A stretch of 64,000 bases of DNA, taken from positions 62,001 to 126,000 of the forward strand of contig NIVC01001938.1 of assembly GCA_002269645.1 (NCBI GenBank), read 5' to 3'. How positions within the stretch are numbered: the first letter of the stretch is position 1; the number at the start of each line of letters is the position of its first letter. This document shows, piece after piece, positions 1 through 12,950 of the stretch. Made by a program: the position numbers and the translations under genes. The DNA comes from Macrostomum lignano (lineage: Eukaryota). The notes below the pieces were generated by a model. The model was not told the origin of the DNA and searched no databases. It was given only the letters and a program-made list of their open reading frames with translations.

Positions 1-1805
1 TTGTTAACTCAACGTCGCAGCGTTGTTGATCGAGCGAGTCCGTCAGTGTCAAGGTCTCAGCGTTGAACTAACTAGGTCCTATAAGGAAATTGCTGAGATT
101 CTTAGGCTCACGTGGGGGGATTGCTGATCATGCAGTGATCAGATAGGGTCAACGACTTTTTCTGCCTCAATTCGACTGCCAAGGACTTTTGGTTGCCATC
201 ATGCAAGCCACTTGACTGCTGAGCATTTAACTGCCACAAAGTGGCTGCCTCTCCCGTACAGCAGCAAGCCGGCGTCGGCGACGTGTGGGCCGACGCTAGC
301 TTTCCACTGATTCTCCCAATGATCCCGGGAGAACTCCCAAAAATCGTATCGGAGTGTATCGTATGAACTTAATGATTTGTTTCTATGCTTTTTATTAGTC
401 ACTAGAGTACAGTTTACCATGATTTCTTGTATTCACCCTAAAAGGCCTTCACAATAGCGCCGACGTACATATACAAATAATAACGCATTTAATATAGGCA
501 GTAGTGTATGTGATAATTTGGCATTAGTGAGGGTAGTTACATGTAGTTACTTTGAGCAGTCCCAAAGGACTGTGATCTAGCCACATGTACCTCCGGCCTA
601 ATTTTTTTTGTTTTTTTGTTCTTAATTTTGTTCTTAAGATGAGCACCCGCCGCTCCCCATGATGAATATACATCTACACATGAATATACAGCGGAAACAA
701 TTGCTCCAGTGAGCCAAAGGCGCCGAGAGTCTCCACAGCGACGACTGAAAGTGGTGGTGGTCGCCCAGGTCGGTGTACTTGGCTAACTTGCGGGCCTCGG
801 CCGAGGTGGCAGTTGCGCGGGGGGCGACGGCAGAGGCGTGCATGCAGGTGACTTGGGGCCCGCGCAGCCTGTGTGCGTGATAGTCGCGTCCCAAGCCCAA
901 AAAGCAAATATAAGTAATTTAGCATGTGTACGTATACGTATACTCTCATTGCACTCAGCACTCCAGGTCTATTTGTCTGGTGCACGCTATTCTGTGATTT
1001 GTTTTTGTATACGTCCTTTCAGACCATCACCAACTAACGCAAAACTGTATCAATTGAAACGCGTAATTTTGTAGACTTTCCAAGAAACTTTTCCGCTACT
1101 GATGGTAAAAAGAGCGTGTGCATTCAGCTGCGTCAGTGTGAACGTCTTACCTAGCTGAGCTCAACGCAACCATCTCAACTGAAAGAATAGGAAACAACCA
1201 GGCGTGACTAGGGCGTAGCCGTAGCCGTAGCATAGCTAAAAAAGGGATGAAATAAATAAAATCCGAGATACAATTCATTCCCCCCGGCCCCGGCCAATGC
1301 TTCCACTCCCAGTCCCAATAACATGTCATAGATAGCCAATAGGCCTACCAAAGCCATAGGTGACAGCACTATTTGTCATATAATATTTAAGTGATAAAAG
1401 ACTTGTATTGGTGATTTTTTCCCATTTTCGCCTATGTCATGTGATGATATGCCTGACATGCTTGATATTAGCTAATAGCCTATCACTCATAGGACTGGAC
1501 CTCAGACCTGTTTTCATATAGGCAGCTGATCTAGACCTAAGACCTAAACTAGACCCTGACCTAGTTTAGGCCCCTAATAAATTTTAACCAATATAGGTCC
1601 CTAAACTGGTAGGGGTAGGGCTAGGCCTAGTAGAACCTGAACTTTTCTTTGTCTACTTATCAAGGACAAGGTCTTCATTATTTATAATTAATTGAAATTT
1701 ATAATTATAATAGAGCCTAGGGCAGGGTCCAGTGATAAAAAAATTAATGCAATTTTAGGCCTTTTCCTTTATTGGCCTATATGGCTATAGGCCCTAATGG
1801 TGTAA

Positions 1806-3259
1806 GACTAAGATGGCCACAACATTGAATCTCTATTATATCTACTTTCTCTCTACCATAAATTAGCAACTTAATAGCTATTGTTTTATTATTATGCATT
1901 ATTTTTTGTTTTAATCAATCATATTTATAAATATTGATGCAATAATAGATTTGAAATTAATTATCCATAATACAAAAACTTTAATCTTTTTTGCATTTAT
2001 GCCAATTTATTCTCATAAGGCCATAAATATCAAATATACCACTATCATTTTATTATTAACAAACCATTGCTAATCAGTGTTGGGCACCAGTCGGTTAATA
2101 AGCGTTAATCCGTTAATAAGCGTTAATAAGCGTTAAGATTTTTCATTAACATTAACAGACTATCATTAAGATTTTTTTGAACTAACGGATTAACGAATTT
2201 GCGTTAAAAATTTTGTGAATTAATGATAAATTCATCGTTAACGGTACTGTCTATGTCAATGACCAAAGATGCAAAGAAGGAACGAAAAATAGAAGTCTTA
2301 TAAGAAGTTTAAACATTACAAACGTATTTGAGCTTACCTATATGCCTAAATATAATCTCTTTATTTATGACAATGATCATACAGACATACATAATTAACA
2401 ACTTCTTACAAATAAACTTTAAAATAATGAATTAAAATACTGTGAAACTTTATTTCTTGCACGTGAGCATCAATCGCTTCTGTTGCTTCTGATTGATTCA
2501 CTTCTGTCCCAATCTTTCGCAACTTTCTGCTGCGCCTGCTAATGGTATTGAAACAACCTTCCTATGCGTATTTAATTATGAATTTCTCATTATTAGCTTT
2601 TAAGTTTCAAATAAAATAAGTTACTTTTTTACCATATGCTTTACTTTTAGTAGTATTATGCATGCAAGTTTTAAAATGATTATTTATTACTTTTTTTAGC
2701 TTTCAAATCGCTTAGATGACCTTTGTGTTTCGCTAAAAAGATGGAATAGCAAAGACGTGCATTACAAAGTCTATTTAGGAAAAAATATGCAAGATTTCCG
2801 TATTTTCTGTGTTAACTTTAACGGATTAATGCTTATTAACGATTATCAGTTAACTTTCAGTTAACTTAACGAAATTAGGAGTTAAAAAGTTAAGATTTTT
2901 TTGTTTTAACGCTAACGCTTTTGCTATTAACGGAAGTTAAGATTTTCATTAACGGTGCCCAACATTGTTGCTAATGCTATGCAAAAAATGAGATGAATAT
3001 GCAACAAAGTATTTATTTTGTGCTAGGTTATTTGCTTTATTTAGTAGATAAATATCTATTGGTCAAGCTACAATAAAAGCTAGGCCTAGGCCTAAAGACA
3101 AAAGAAATGATTATAATGTAATAATTCCATTTAAGCATCTATCTTCCTAATTACTACCAATAGGAAAATAAAAATGAGTGAAATGTATAGACTTAGGATT
3201 ATTATTATTTATTTAGACATTTAGATCTATGGCCATCTTGGTGTGTGGCCATCTTAGTC
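1806..3259. repeat. 16-bp perfect inverted repeat pair, possible ends of an older element enclosing the hAT MITE
   Basis: gactaagatggccaca at 1806-1821 and its exact reverse complement tgtggccatcttagtc at 3244-3259. No TSD could be identified. Confidence 0.4.
2075..2967. mobile_element. Non-autonomous hAT-type DNA transposon (MITE)
   Basis: TIRs cagtgttgggcacc (2075) and ggtgcccaacattg (ends 2967), one mismatch. Perfect 8-bp TSD ttgctaat at 2067-2074 and 2968-2975. Many subterminal ttaac/gttaa motifs. No ORF. Confidence 0.9.
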
Positions 3260-4641
3260 ATGTGCCGCTATAATTCTATGAGGGATATCTTAGAAGTAAT
3301 GTCACTTTTGCTTGCTTTTATGAGTATTAGGCCTTAATGTGTGTTAAAAAATCATAGGGCCTAAACTCATAATTAAGCATTTAAAAATATATATAGGGGC
3401 CAATTGACTTTTTATTATAAATGGTATAGGCAAAAATATAAATAATCAACTATATTATTAGCTAAAAAAGGTCTTTTATGCAATGCAACAAAGTCATTTA
3501 CTATTGCAATGTAAAAAAGGTCATTTATTGTTGCAACACTAGCCTTTATTTGAGAATATAGGCATGCACTCATTTTTTGGCATTCTGTATAACTATTCCA
3601 TTTTTATTTAGGTGTGCACCTAGCATGATCCAGACTATGGTATAGAGACCTTTTTTTGATAAAAATTCTTATTCGCATTGGCTTTCAAAAATCAATGCTA
3701 CCTGCAGACTAGCATATAGCCATTCCTATCAAAATATAGCTGTGCACTTAGTATATAGAACAAATTGTACATGGTTGCATAGTGTGCAAGATGGTGCAGC
3801 TTATATTTTAGTTTATTTTGAAGTATAGCAGTATGATGAATAGGCATTTAATTTGATAAAAGGAAGTCAGCAATGTGGAAAAAATGCACAATAGAATTGC
3901 AAATCTAAAAACTAAATTAATGTTTTTATTATCAAAAAAATGTTTTTTGTTCTCCAAATAAAATAAAATAAGAAAGTAAAATTTCTTAATTAGAAGTTTT
4001 AAGAAAATAAAAAATTCTATTTTATAGAGTCCCTTATTGTTGCAACTGCAGAAAAGGTCCTTTATTATCATAATGCCTCATGGGTCCTGTTGAAAGTATG
4101 ATTTTCCATGTAGATTGTGCCTCAACAAGACTATATCACTGAAATAAAAATAGAATAAAATAGAAGTATTTGCACTTCTCAGATTTCAATTGGTGTTTAA
4201 ATCCCATCATTGCCACTAATGAAGTGCTGGTTGGTTCTCAGGTGGTGTCTTGGGTTGTCTTAAAATGGCTTGGTAGGTCTTTGAGTAGTGCCGCTGCTAC
4301 CAATGTTGTATAGGCATCTTGCTTAGGTTCTTCCTCAGGCCTTTTTTTAGAAATTGTACTTATAACCTTTGGTGAGGTACTGATCTCATAGAAGCAAATA
4401 AAGAAGACAAGAGAAAGACTAGCACTTTATGCAGATTTGGCAGTTCTCACTTCTCAATCAAGGGCATCTATAGTCAGCAGTTCCTATTAGGTTTATATGG
4501 GGTAAGAAGGATAGTGCTAGCTTCAGGCAAGCTAAGCTGTCTTACAAATAGCAGGCACAGTCAGAGACAGGCACACTCAGAGTCAGGTTAAACTTAAGTG
4601 CAAACTTAGCAGACAAACTTAGAGATTTGGGTATATATGTG

Positions 4642-4794
4642 CAACCTTGGGAATCACTTGGCTGTTTCTATTGGCAACACACATGTAAGTCGCTATTAGC
4701 TGAGAGCAGTCATATGACTATTGACTACTATTCCATCTAATAGCAACTTAGATGTGTGTTGCCAATAGAAATGGCTGGGTGAATCCCTAGGTTG
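4642..4794. mobile_element. Short palindromic MITE-like element
   Basis: About 57-bp imperfect inverted arms; the core tttctattggcaacacacat pairs with atgtgtgttgccaatagaaa around a short spacer. Confidence 0.6.
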
Positions 4795-7700
4795 TGCCTA
4801 ACAGCCTAAGCATGGATTTGGGCTAATTGTGAGAGAGAGATCTCCTGGCATAGAAAATAGGCTGGCAGAAAGGCTTGTCTGAACCTGGAATCAATTGCAC
4901 CATGAAAACATGACCCCCTGCTGCAAGTCATGAGTGACTATTGCTATTTTAGCAACTGGCAAGCAGGTTTGCCTCAAAGGAGTCAGGGGTGCAGGTGCAT
5001 GTGATTCCTTATAAATATGAGCCCAGTGCACAATGATGAAATCATTGCACTTTTGACTGAAAAGAAGGAAGAGGGCCATCATGTGACTGGCTCATATAAC
5101 AAGGGGAAAAGGCCCATAAGTGAAGGCACTCAACCTTGGGACTAGAGAACAAAATGGCACTACAAAATTAGAAGTGCCAAACTGTGAACAAAACAGAGAC
5201 AGGCCAGACCAAGCTGTCTGGGCATTGCAAAATGAGAGCACAAAACACAAAACACAGAGCACAAAGGGGCAAGCAAGGACAGACAGACAACAAAGGACAG
5301 GCCAAGGGACAGGCAAGAGGGGTAGGCAACTACCCAGTAGCAGACAGAAGCCTTGGGCAAGGGCAAGGAAACAGCTGACTAATACGGCACCTAACTAAAC
5401 TAGTGACTCACTACATTTGATTTTATAGATTACTTAAGTAGTTTTTTGGTAACTTGCTCTGTTTTTTTTGCTTTATTTTTTGCCATTTCTTTTTTAAGAT
5501 ATTTTTGGGCCTAGATTAAGTAGTACATAAGATAGCAATGACATGTGGCTTGTTAGCAGACTATTGTGTATATTCCATAACTTTAAGCTACCATTTTTTA
5601 GTTATAAAAAGGGCAAGCTTATCAATAAAGACATGCTTGCATATTAATAGTGAACTCAAGTTCCCACAATAGAACAATGCATGAGCATTAAATAGGTAAA
5701 GCCAAATATAAAAATAAAATTGCATGCAAAGCAAATCTGTCACTAAAAAGCTTTTTATTTAGATGTAGGTTATATCATAGCCTATTTTTATGAAAAACTG
5801 TTGCACTAGCCAAGTAAAATAACAAAGTAGGCCTATGCATATTCATATGCAAATAAGCATAAAAAGAGCTAAACTATTAATGCTTTATCATTATTCTTAT
5901 TATTATTTTCTTTATTGTTTAGGAAGCTACAATATAAAGACATGATAAAAAAATATCAGATATAGAGCTCAGTTGCAAGAAAATACTATTTGTCTCAGCT
6001 GATCTGTCTCAAGTTGGTAGCAACTTGGATCCTAAACATGTAGGCGAACATCTAAGAGTGTTAAAACCTAAGCTCCCTATGGCATTGTTTTTGTACCACC
6101 CTTCTGTTATGGCCTTTATTATAAAATGACTAAATTGATAATAAAGCAATATGCTAAATTTCTAAGATCTGTTTGTTTGGAATTTGAAATTATATATGCT
6201 CAATACCACTGATTTACACCAGCCATGCAACTTAATTTTTGACCAAAAATGCAATTTGCCTATAGTAAATACCTAATAAAAATTAATGTAATTTTGGCTA
6301 AATGGTAGGAGTAAGTATAAATGTATTATTAAGGCTACATGCCTCATCGTCTTATTAGTATGCTCATACTACATCTATTTTTTATAGGATAGGCATTTTT
6401 ATGACTTACCTTGGCTTTGCCATTTGCCAGCCAGCCAGATTGGCCAGGTGTTTTGCATGTATTTTGGTATCTGATCTATTCAAAGAAAATGTCTATAGAG
6501 AATATGTGGTAAAATATGAAAAGTACAAATAAGCAAGACACATATTATTAAAATTCTGCATAATGGTTAATATATTAGATAGTAGATAATAGATATAATA
6601 GATTTTTTAAATTAGTTAGGCCTTATTAATAGATTAATTGTCTATTCAACAACTTCATGTTTTATACATCTATTCCTTTATGAATTTAAAAAACTCTAAA
6701 TAGCAACCAATATGCTGTTCCTACCCTTTATATAGTTAAGCTTCTCTAACCCATTGAAGTTGTAGAAGTCTAAGTTTATTGATTAATCAAGGCTTCTAAG
6801 TGAAGTTAATTACAAACAATGAGACTAGTATAAAAATGCATCTCTCTATTTGCTATTTGGGCCATTCCATATAATTGTGGTTGTAACATGACAGACTATT
6901 TTTACTTATAAAATGAAATCTAACAATAGAATATACTAAACCAATATTTTGAATGAAATATTATTTTGTCAAGAATATGTTTATAAAGTTTCATATAGAT
7001 ATCATCATTAGTATAGATGCTATTAAACCTTGAATGGCACTTATGGTCGTAACAACAGGATTTTTGACATATAGAAACTAAAAGGTAAAAGTCTTATAAC
7101 ATTTTTCATTTTTGACATTTTGCAATCATTTTTTTAAATTTGACTAAGAACATCTTTAGAAGTCGTACTCTTTTATTAGAATATATAAACTCAAAAAAGC
7201 AACAAAGATACAAAAGAAAAGGCAGCCTTATGGTCATAACATTATGGTTGTAACATATTTTTTTCTGTCAATTCAGTAACTTTGAAGTACTAATATATTA
7301 AAAATATAATAGATTATATGGTTGCTAATGTTTTTATCTGATGATGCAAGTACTATAATTTTATATATAGTTTGTTTTAACCTTCTAAAGCTTTCTATTT
7401 GTTTTTAAAAGGTACAAAATCTTAATTATATCTTTTGCTTAGAAAATGTCCAATTTTTTACAAAAATAACTTTTTGCCAATTGATAACATACTAATCCAA
7501 CATTTTATCATTTATTTATTCTTAGATTGTATACATTACATACAAAAAAGATTTGGTAAAAAAATTGGCTGATAAGGCAATGACAAGCAAAAATATTGAC
7601 TTTTTTCTATTTTCCAAATATGTCCATCTTATATGGAATGGGCCATTAGGTAATCTTGAGTTTGATAAATAAAAAATGAAATTAAATTCTCATCAAAGAT

Positions 7701-7862
7701 GAAAAAATAAGAAAAGTCTTTTGATAAAAATCTGTTTTAGTGTTACAATAGCAAGATTCTATCAGTGAAAAAATCAATTCTATAGTGAACCTCTCTGTGG
7801 CACAAATAAAACTTTATAATTGATTGTTCAATTCTATTCAAATGAACTTGGCTGCAGTCACC

Positions 7863-9391
7863 ATGGACACATTACTGGCTGCCAATCCAAAGAGTCGACG
7901 CTACGAAAAAATTGATTACTTTGACGAGGGCCAGTACGCTCTGGTGTACAAGGCTCGCGACACGCACAATGGCCGCTTGGTTGCCATTAAGAAAGTGAAG
8001 TCCGGCACCCGAGAAGACATTGCCGATGGTGTGAACCGGACCGCGCTTAGAGAGATTAAACTGCTTCGCGAACTGTTGCACGACAATGTCATCAGATTGC
8101 TTGACGCATTCGGCGATGATGGCAATGTTAATTTAGTATTCGAAATTATGCACACAGATTTGGAGAAGCTGGTGCACGATCAGAGTGTAGTGCTGTCCCC
8201 TAGTCACATTAAGAATATTGTGCTGCAGTGCCTGCGCGGCCTGGATTATATGCACGCTAATTTTGTGCTGCATCGGGACATTAAGAGTAACAATATCTTT
8301 GTTAGCGCTACTGGTCAGGTGTGTGTGTACCTCATACCTATTGCTTTATAATTAATGCCTTCTAGACATATCCTTATCTTCACGCTCCTGAAGTCTTCCC
8401 AGTGTATTAATATCCGCTTCTAATTCCTCTAATTTATCTTATTCGATTCTTTGACTGTCAGATTCTCCCCAATATCTAATTCTCGATAATCTCTCTTCAA
8501 TATCCCATTCTTGATAATCTCTCTTCAATATCCCATTCTCGATAATCTCCCTCAAATATCCCATTCTGTATAATCTCCCTCAAATATCCCATTCTCGATC
8601 ATCTCTCTTTAATATCTTATTCTCGATAATCTCCCTCAAATATCCCATTCCCAACCAAATATTTCATTCTTGATAATCTCCCCCAAATATCCCCCTCTCG
8701 ATAATCTCCCCCAAATATTCAATTCTCGATAATCTCTTCAATATCACATTCCCTATAACATCCCCAATATTCCAATAAAGTATCCCATTCTCGAGAAGCA
8801 TCTCAATTTCCCATCCCCATCATCTCCCCAATATCCCATTCTCAAAAATCTCCCCCAATATCCCGTTCTCGACATCTAAAATAGTTTCCTAATTCATATA
8901 ATAAAACTAAAAATTGTGAAAGGTGAAGCTCGGCGACTTCGGTCTGGCCCGCATGTACGGCAGTCCCAACCGGCCACTGACAAACCAAGTGGTGACCCGC
9001 TGGTACAGATGCCCCGAACTGTTGCTAGGCGCCAAAATTTATGGCCCAGGCGTTGACATGTGGGCCGCCGGTTGTGTCTTTGCCGAATTGTTGCGTCGAA
9101 CTGCGCTGTTCCCAGGCGAGTCGGATATCATGCAGCTGTCGAAAATCTATCACCTGTTGGGCACGCCTAATTTAGAGGATTGGCCTGAGGTTGCTCAGCT
9201 GGAGAATTATCTGCAGTTTAAGGAGTGCCAACCAGTACCGCTGCACGATATGTTCACGGCTGCTACAAATGATCTGCTGGACCTGATGCAGGGCCTGTTG
9301 AGACTTAATCCGGCTAAGAGGTTGGTTAGTTTGTTATCTAGTCAGTCATTTAGTTAGTTATTTAGCTAGTCCGTTTTTTAGTTAGCTTGTC

Positions 9392-9435
<44 letters not shown>

Positions 9436-9771
9436 GGTCAGTTAGTTGGTCATTTAGTAAGACAAAACTCAGCTCAAAAAGGCAGCCTCTGACTCAATAA
9501 CTGCAGGCTGACTGCAGCTGAGGCCTTGACCATGCCCTACTTTGTGATGCCGCCGGCTCCTTGCACTAATCAGCAAATTCCTCTGGGCGGTGGCGGCGGT
9601 CGCGGATTCGACGGTGGCGTTATCGGCGGCGTTGCTAGTTACCATAGCAACCAATCAGCCACTACGAGGAATCACATTTTGCCCGGCTCGAACGGCGGTA
9701 GCGGGGGCGGTTTGTCTGTTCCGCCCGCTGCTAAGGTTGCCCGCCGATTGCAGTTTGACTCGGGTAGATGA
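7863..9771 (+). CDS. CDK7: Cyclin-dependent kinase 7 (CAK/TFIIH kinase), 3 exons: 7863(or 7842)-8318, 8923-9320, 9507-9771
   Basis: [11 protein letters not shown] cyclin-binding helix (CDK7 signature), VAIKK, HRDIK, DFG, T-loop [21 protein letters not shown] junctions join in frame (GQ|VKLGDFG; KR|LTAAEAL). C-terminal RRLQF. Confidence 0.95.
8470..8875. repeat. Degenerate ~25-bp tandem repeat in CDK7 intron 1
   Basis: Recurrent atatcccattctcgataatctccc units. Confidence 0.8.
9355..9450. repeat. (TAGT)n microsatellite in CDK7 intron 2
   Basis: gttagttagttagt run. Confidence 0.85.
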
Positions 9772-9885
9772 TTGATTGATTGATTACTCAATTAACTTGG
9801 CAGTTCCTGCTTTCATTTTTTGTAATAAGTGTATTGCATATAAAGCTGCAGTATTCCCTGTCATTTTGGTGCCACTTTTACATTT

Positions 9886-12345
9886 ACGTAATAAATGGCG
9901 CCAGAGTTACAGGGATTACTGTAGCTTTAAGTGTAATAAATGGCGCCAGAGTTAGAGGGATTACTGTAGCTGTAAGTGTAATAAATGGCGCCAGAGTTTC
10001 AGGGATTACTGTAGCTTTAAGTGTAATAAATGGCGCCAGAGTTACAGGGATTACTGTAGCTGTAAGTGTAAAAATGGCGCCAGAGTTTCAGGGATTACTG
10101 TAGCTTTAAGTGTAATAAATGGCGCCAGAGTTAGAGGGATTACTGTAGCTGTAAGTGTAATAAATGGCGCCAGAGTTTCAGGGATTACTGTAGCTGTAAG
10201 TGTAATAAATGGCGCCAGAGTTACAGGGATTACTGTAGCTTTAAGTGTAATAAATGGCGCCAGAGTTAGAGGGATTACTGTAGCTGTAAGTGTAATAAAT
10301 GGCGCCAGAGTTTCAGGGATTACTGTAGCTGTAAGTGTAATAAATGGCGCCAGAGTTAGAGGGATTACTGTAGCTGTAAGTGTAAAAATGGCGCCAGAGT
10401 TTCAGGGATTACTGTAGCTTTAAGTGTAATAAATGGCGCCAGAGTTAGAGGGATTACTGTAGCTGTAAGTGTAATAAATGGCGCCAGAGTTTCAGGGATT
10501 ACTGTAGCTGTAAGTGTAATAAATGGCGCCAGAGTTAGAGGGATTACTGTAGCTGTAAGTGTAAAAATGGCGCCAGAGTTTCAGGGATTACTGTAGCTTT
10601 AAGTGTAATAAATGGCGCCAGAGTTACAAGGATTACTGTAGCTGTAAGTGTAATAAATGGCGCCAGAGTTTCAGGGATTACTGTAGCTTTAAGTGTAATA
10701 AATGGCGCCAGAGTTAGAGGGATTACTGTAGCTGTAAGTGTAAAAATGGCGCCAGAGTGTCAGGGATTACTGTAGCTTTAAGTGTAATAAATGGCGCCAG
10801 AGTTAGAGGGATTACTGTAGCTGTAAGTGTAATAAATGGCGCCAGAGTTACAGGGATTACTGTAGCTGTAAGTGTAATAAATGGCGCCAGAGTTACAGGG
10901 ATTACTGTAGCTGTAAGTGTAAAAATGGCGCCAGAGTTTCAGGGATTACTGTAGCTTTAAGTGTAATAAATGGCGCCAGAGTTAGAGGGATTACTGTAGC
11001 TGTAAGTGTAATAAATGGCGCCAGAGTTACAGGGATTACTGTAGCTGTAAGTGTAATAAATGGCGCCAGAGTTAAAGGGATTACTGTAGCTGTAAGTGTA
11101 ATAAATGGCGCCAGAGTTTCAGGGATTACTGTAGCTGTAAGTATAATAAATGGCGCCAGAGTTAAAGGGATTACTGTAGCTGTAAGTGTAAAAATGGCGC
11201 CAGAGTTTCAGGGATTACTGTAGCTTTAAGTGTAATAAATGGCGCCAGAGTTAGAGGGATTACTGTAGCTGTAAGTGTAATAAATGGCGCCAGAGGTACA
11301 AGGATTACTGTAGCTGTAAGTGTAATAAATGGCGCCAGAGTTACAAGGATTACTGTAGCTGTAAGTGTAATAAATGGCGCCAGAGTTAAAGGGATTACTG
11401 TAGCTGTAAGTGTAAAAATGGCGCCAGAGTTACAGGGATTACTGTAGCTGTAAGTGTAATAAATGGCGCCAGAGTTACAAGGATTACTGTAGCTGTAAGT
11501 GTAAAAATGGCGCCAGAGTTTCAGGGATTACTGTAGCTTTAAGTGTAATAAATGGCGCCAGAGTTAGCGGAATTACTGTAGCTTTAAGTGTAATAAATGG
11601 CGCCAGAGTTAGAGGGATTACTGTAGCTTTAAGTGTAATAAATGGCGCCAGAGTTAGCGGGATTACTGTAGCTGTAAGTGTAATAAATGGCGCCAGAGTT
11701 AGAGGGATTACTGTAGCTTTAAGTGTAATAAATGGCGCCAGAGTTAGCGGGATTACTGTAGCTGTAAGTGTAATAAATGGCGCCAGAGTTTCAGGGATTA
11801 CTGTAGCTGTAAGTGTAATAAATGGCGCCAGAGTTAGAGGGATTACTGTAGCTGTAAGTGTAATAAATGGCGCCAGAGTTTCAGGGATTACTGTAGCTGT
11901 AAGTGTAATAAATGGCGCCAGAGTTAGAGGGATTACTGTAGCTTTAAGTGTAATAAATGGCGCCAGAGTTAGAGGGATTACTGTAGCTGTAAGTGTAATA
12001 AATGGCGCCAGAGTTAGAGGGATTACTGTAGCTGTAAGTGTAATAAATGGCGCCAGAGTTAGAGGGATTACTGTAGCTGTAAGTGTAATAAATGGCGCCA
12101 GAGTTTCAGGGATTACTGTAGCTTTAAGTGTAATAAATGGCGCCAGAGTTTCAGGGATTACTGTAGCTTTAAGTGTAATAAATGGCGCCAGAGTTTCAGG
12201 GATTACTGTAGCTTTAAGTGTAATAAATGGCGCCAGAGTTAGAGGGATTACTGTAGCTTTAAGTGTAATAAATGGCGCCAGAGTTAGCGGGATTACTGTA
12301 GCTGTAAGTGTAATAAATGGCGCCAGAGTTACAAGGATTACTGGT
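9886..12345. repeat. 45-bp satellite, about 54 copies
   Basis: Unit gtgtaataaatggcgccagagttagagggattactgtagctgtaa; period 45 (ccagag at 9901 and 9946). Confidence 0.97.
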
Positions 12346-12950
12346 CTAGCATAGGAATAATCCTTCAAAGTTAAAGTTCAGTATGTCTTTCCAGCTTATT
12401 TCGGTTTTAAAGTACGGCTTGTCCTTATTGATTTAGAACCGGTTTCAGTTCCGTTGATTTGTTTGTGAAGAACTGCATTTGAGTAATATAATTTGAGCAA
12501 GGTGTTGCCTTTGCCTGTCTATGGGTTCATCATAACCCAACTCGGTTATTTTGCATTTTCTCAATACGGTGTAACAGCGCGCTAAGCATGTTTGCAAAAC
12601 ATTCAACCAACGTATATACTACTGTACTAAATTTCATATCAGTAGTATCGGTAGCGTAGAACTTTCTAATATGTGCTGTTATCAAAGAGTTTTTGGAAAG
12701 TAAAAATACTTAACCCGCTTTTGCTTGCTTGAAGTGTAAGTTTTAAATGTGCTATCTAAATAAATACAAATACCATGTTTTATTTTCCTTACACCTGCTG
12801 TGTCATTCGATTTTGCATAACTGCGCGACTTCTTTTATTGCTCTTTTGTTACTACTTAGTTCTAGTAGCCTAGCTTGTTAAAGACTGACAGTGAGGTAAT
12901 TTTGCTTTCAGATTCGCGACAAGTTTTAAAGAATTTTGACGTCTGCCAAC

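Noticed and set aside
199-1329. Possible spliced minus-strand gene (donor ag|gtaag near 1151, acceptor near 868, giving MVALSSAR|LRGPQV...; plus ORF 199-420)
   Set aside because: Splice signals are plausible, but no recognisable domain and alternative frames are equally possible, so it is not supportable without transcripts.
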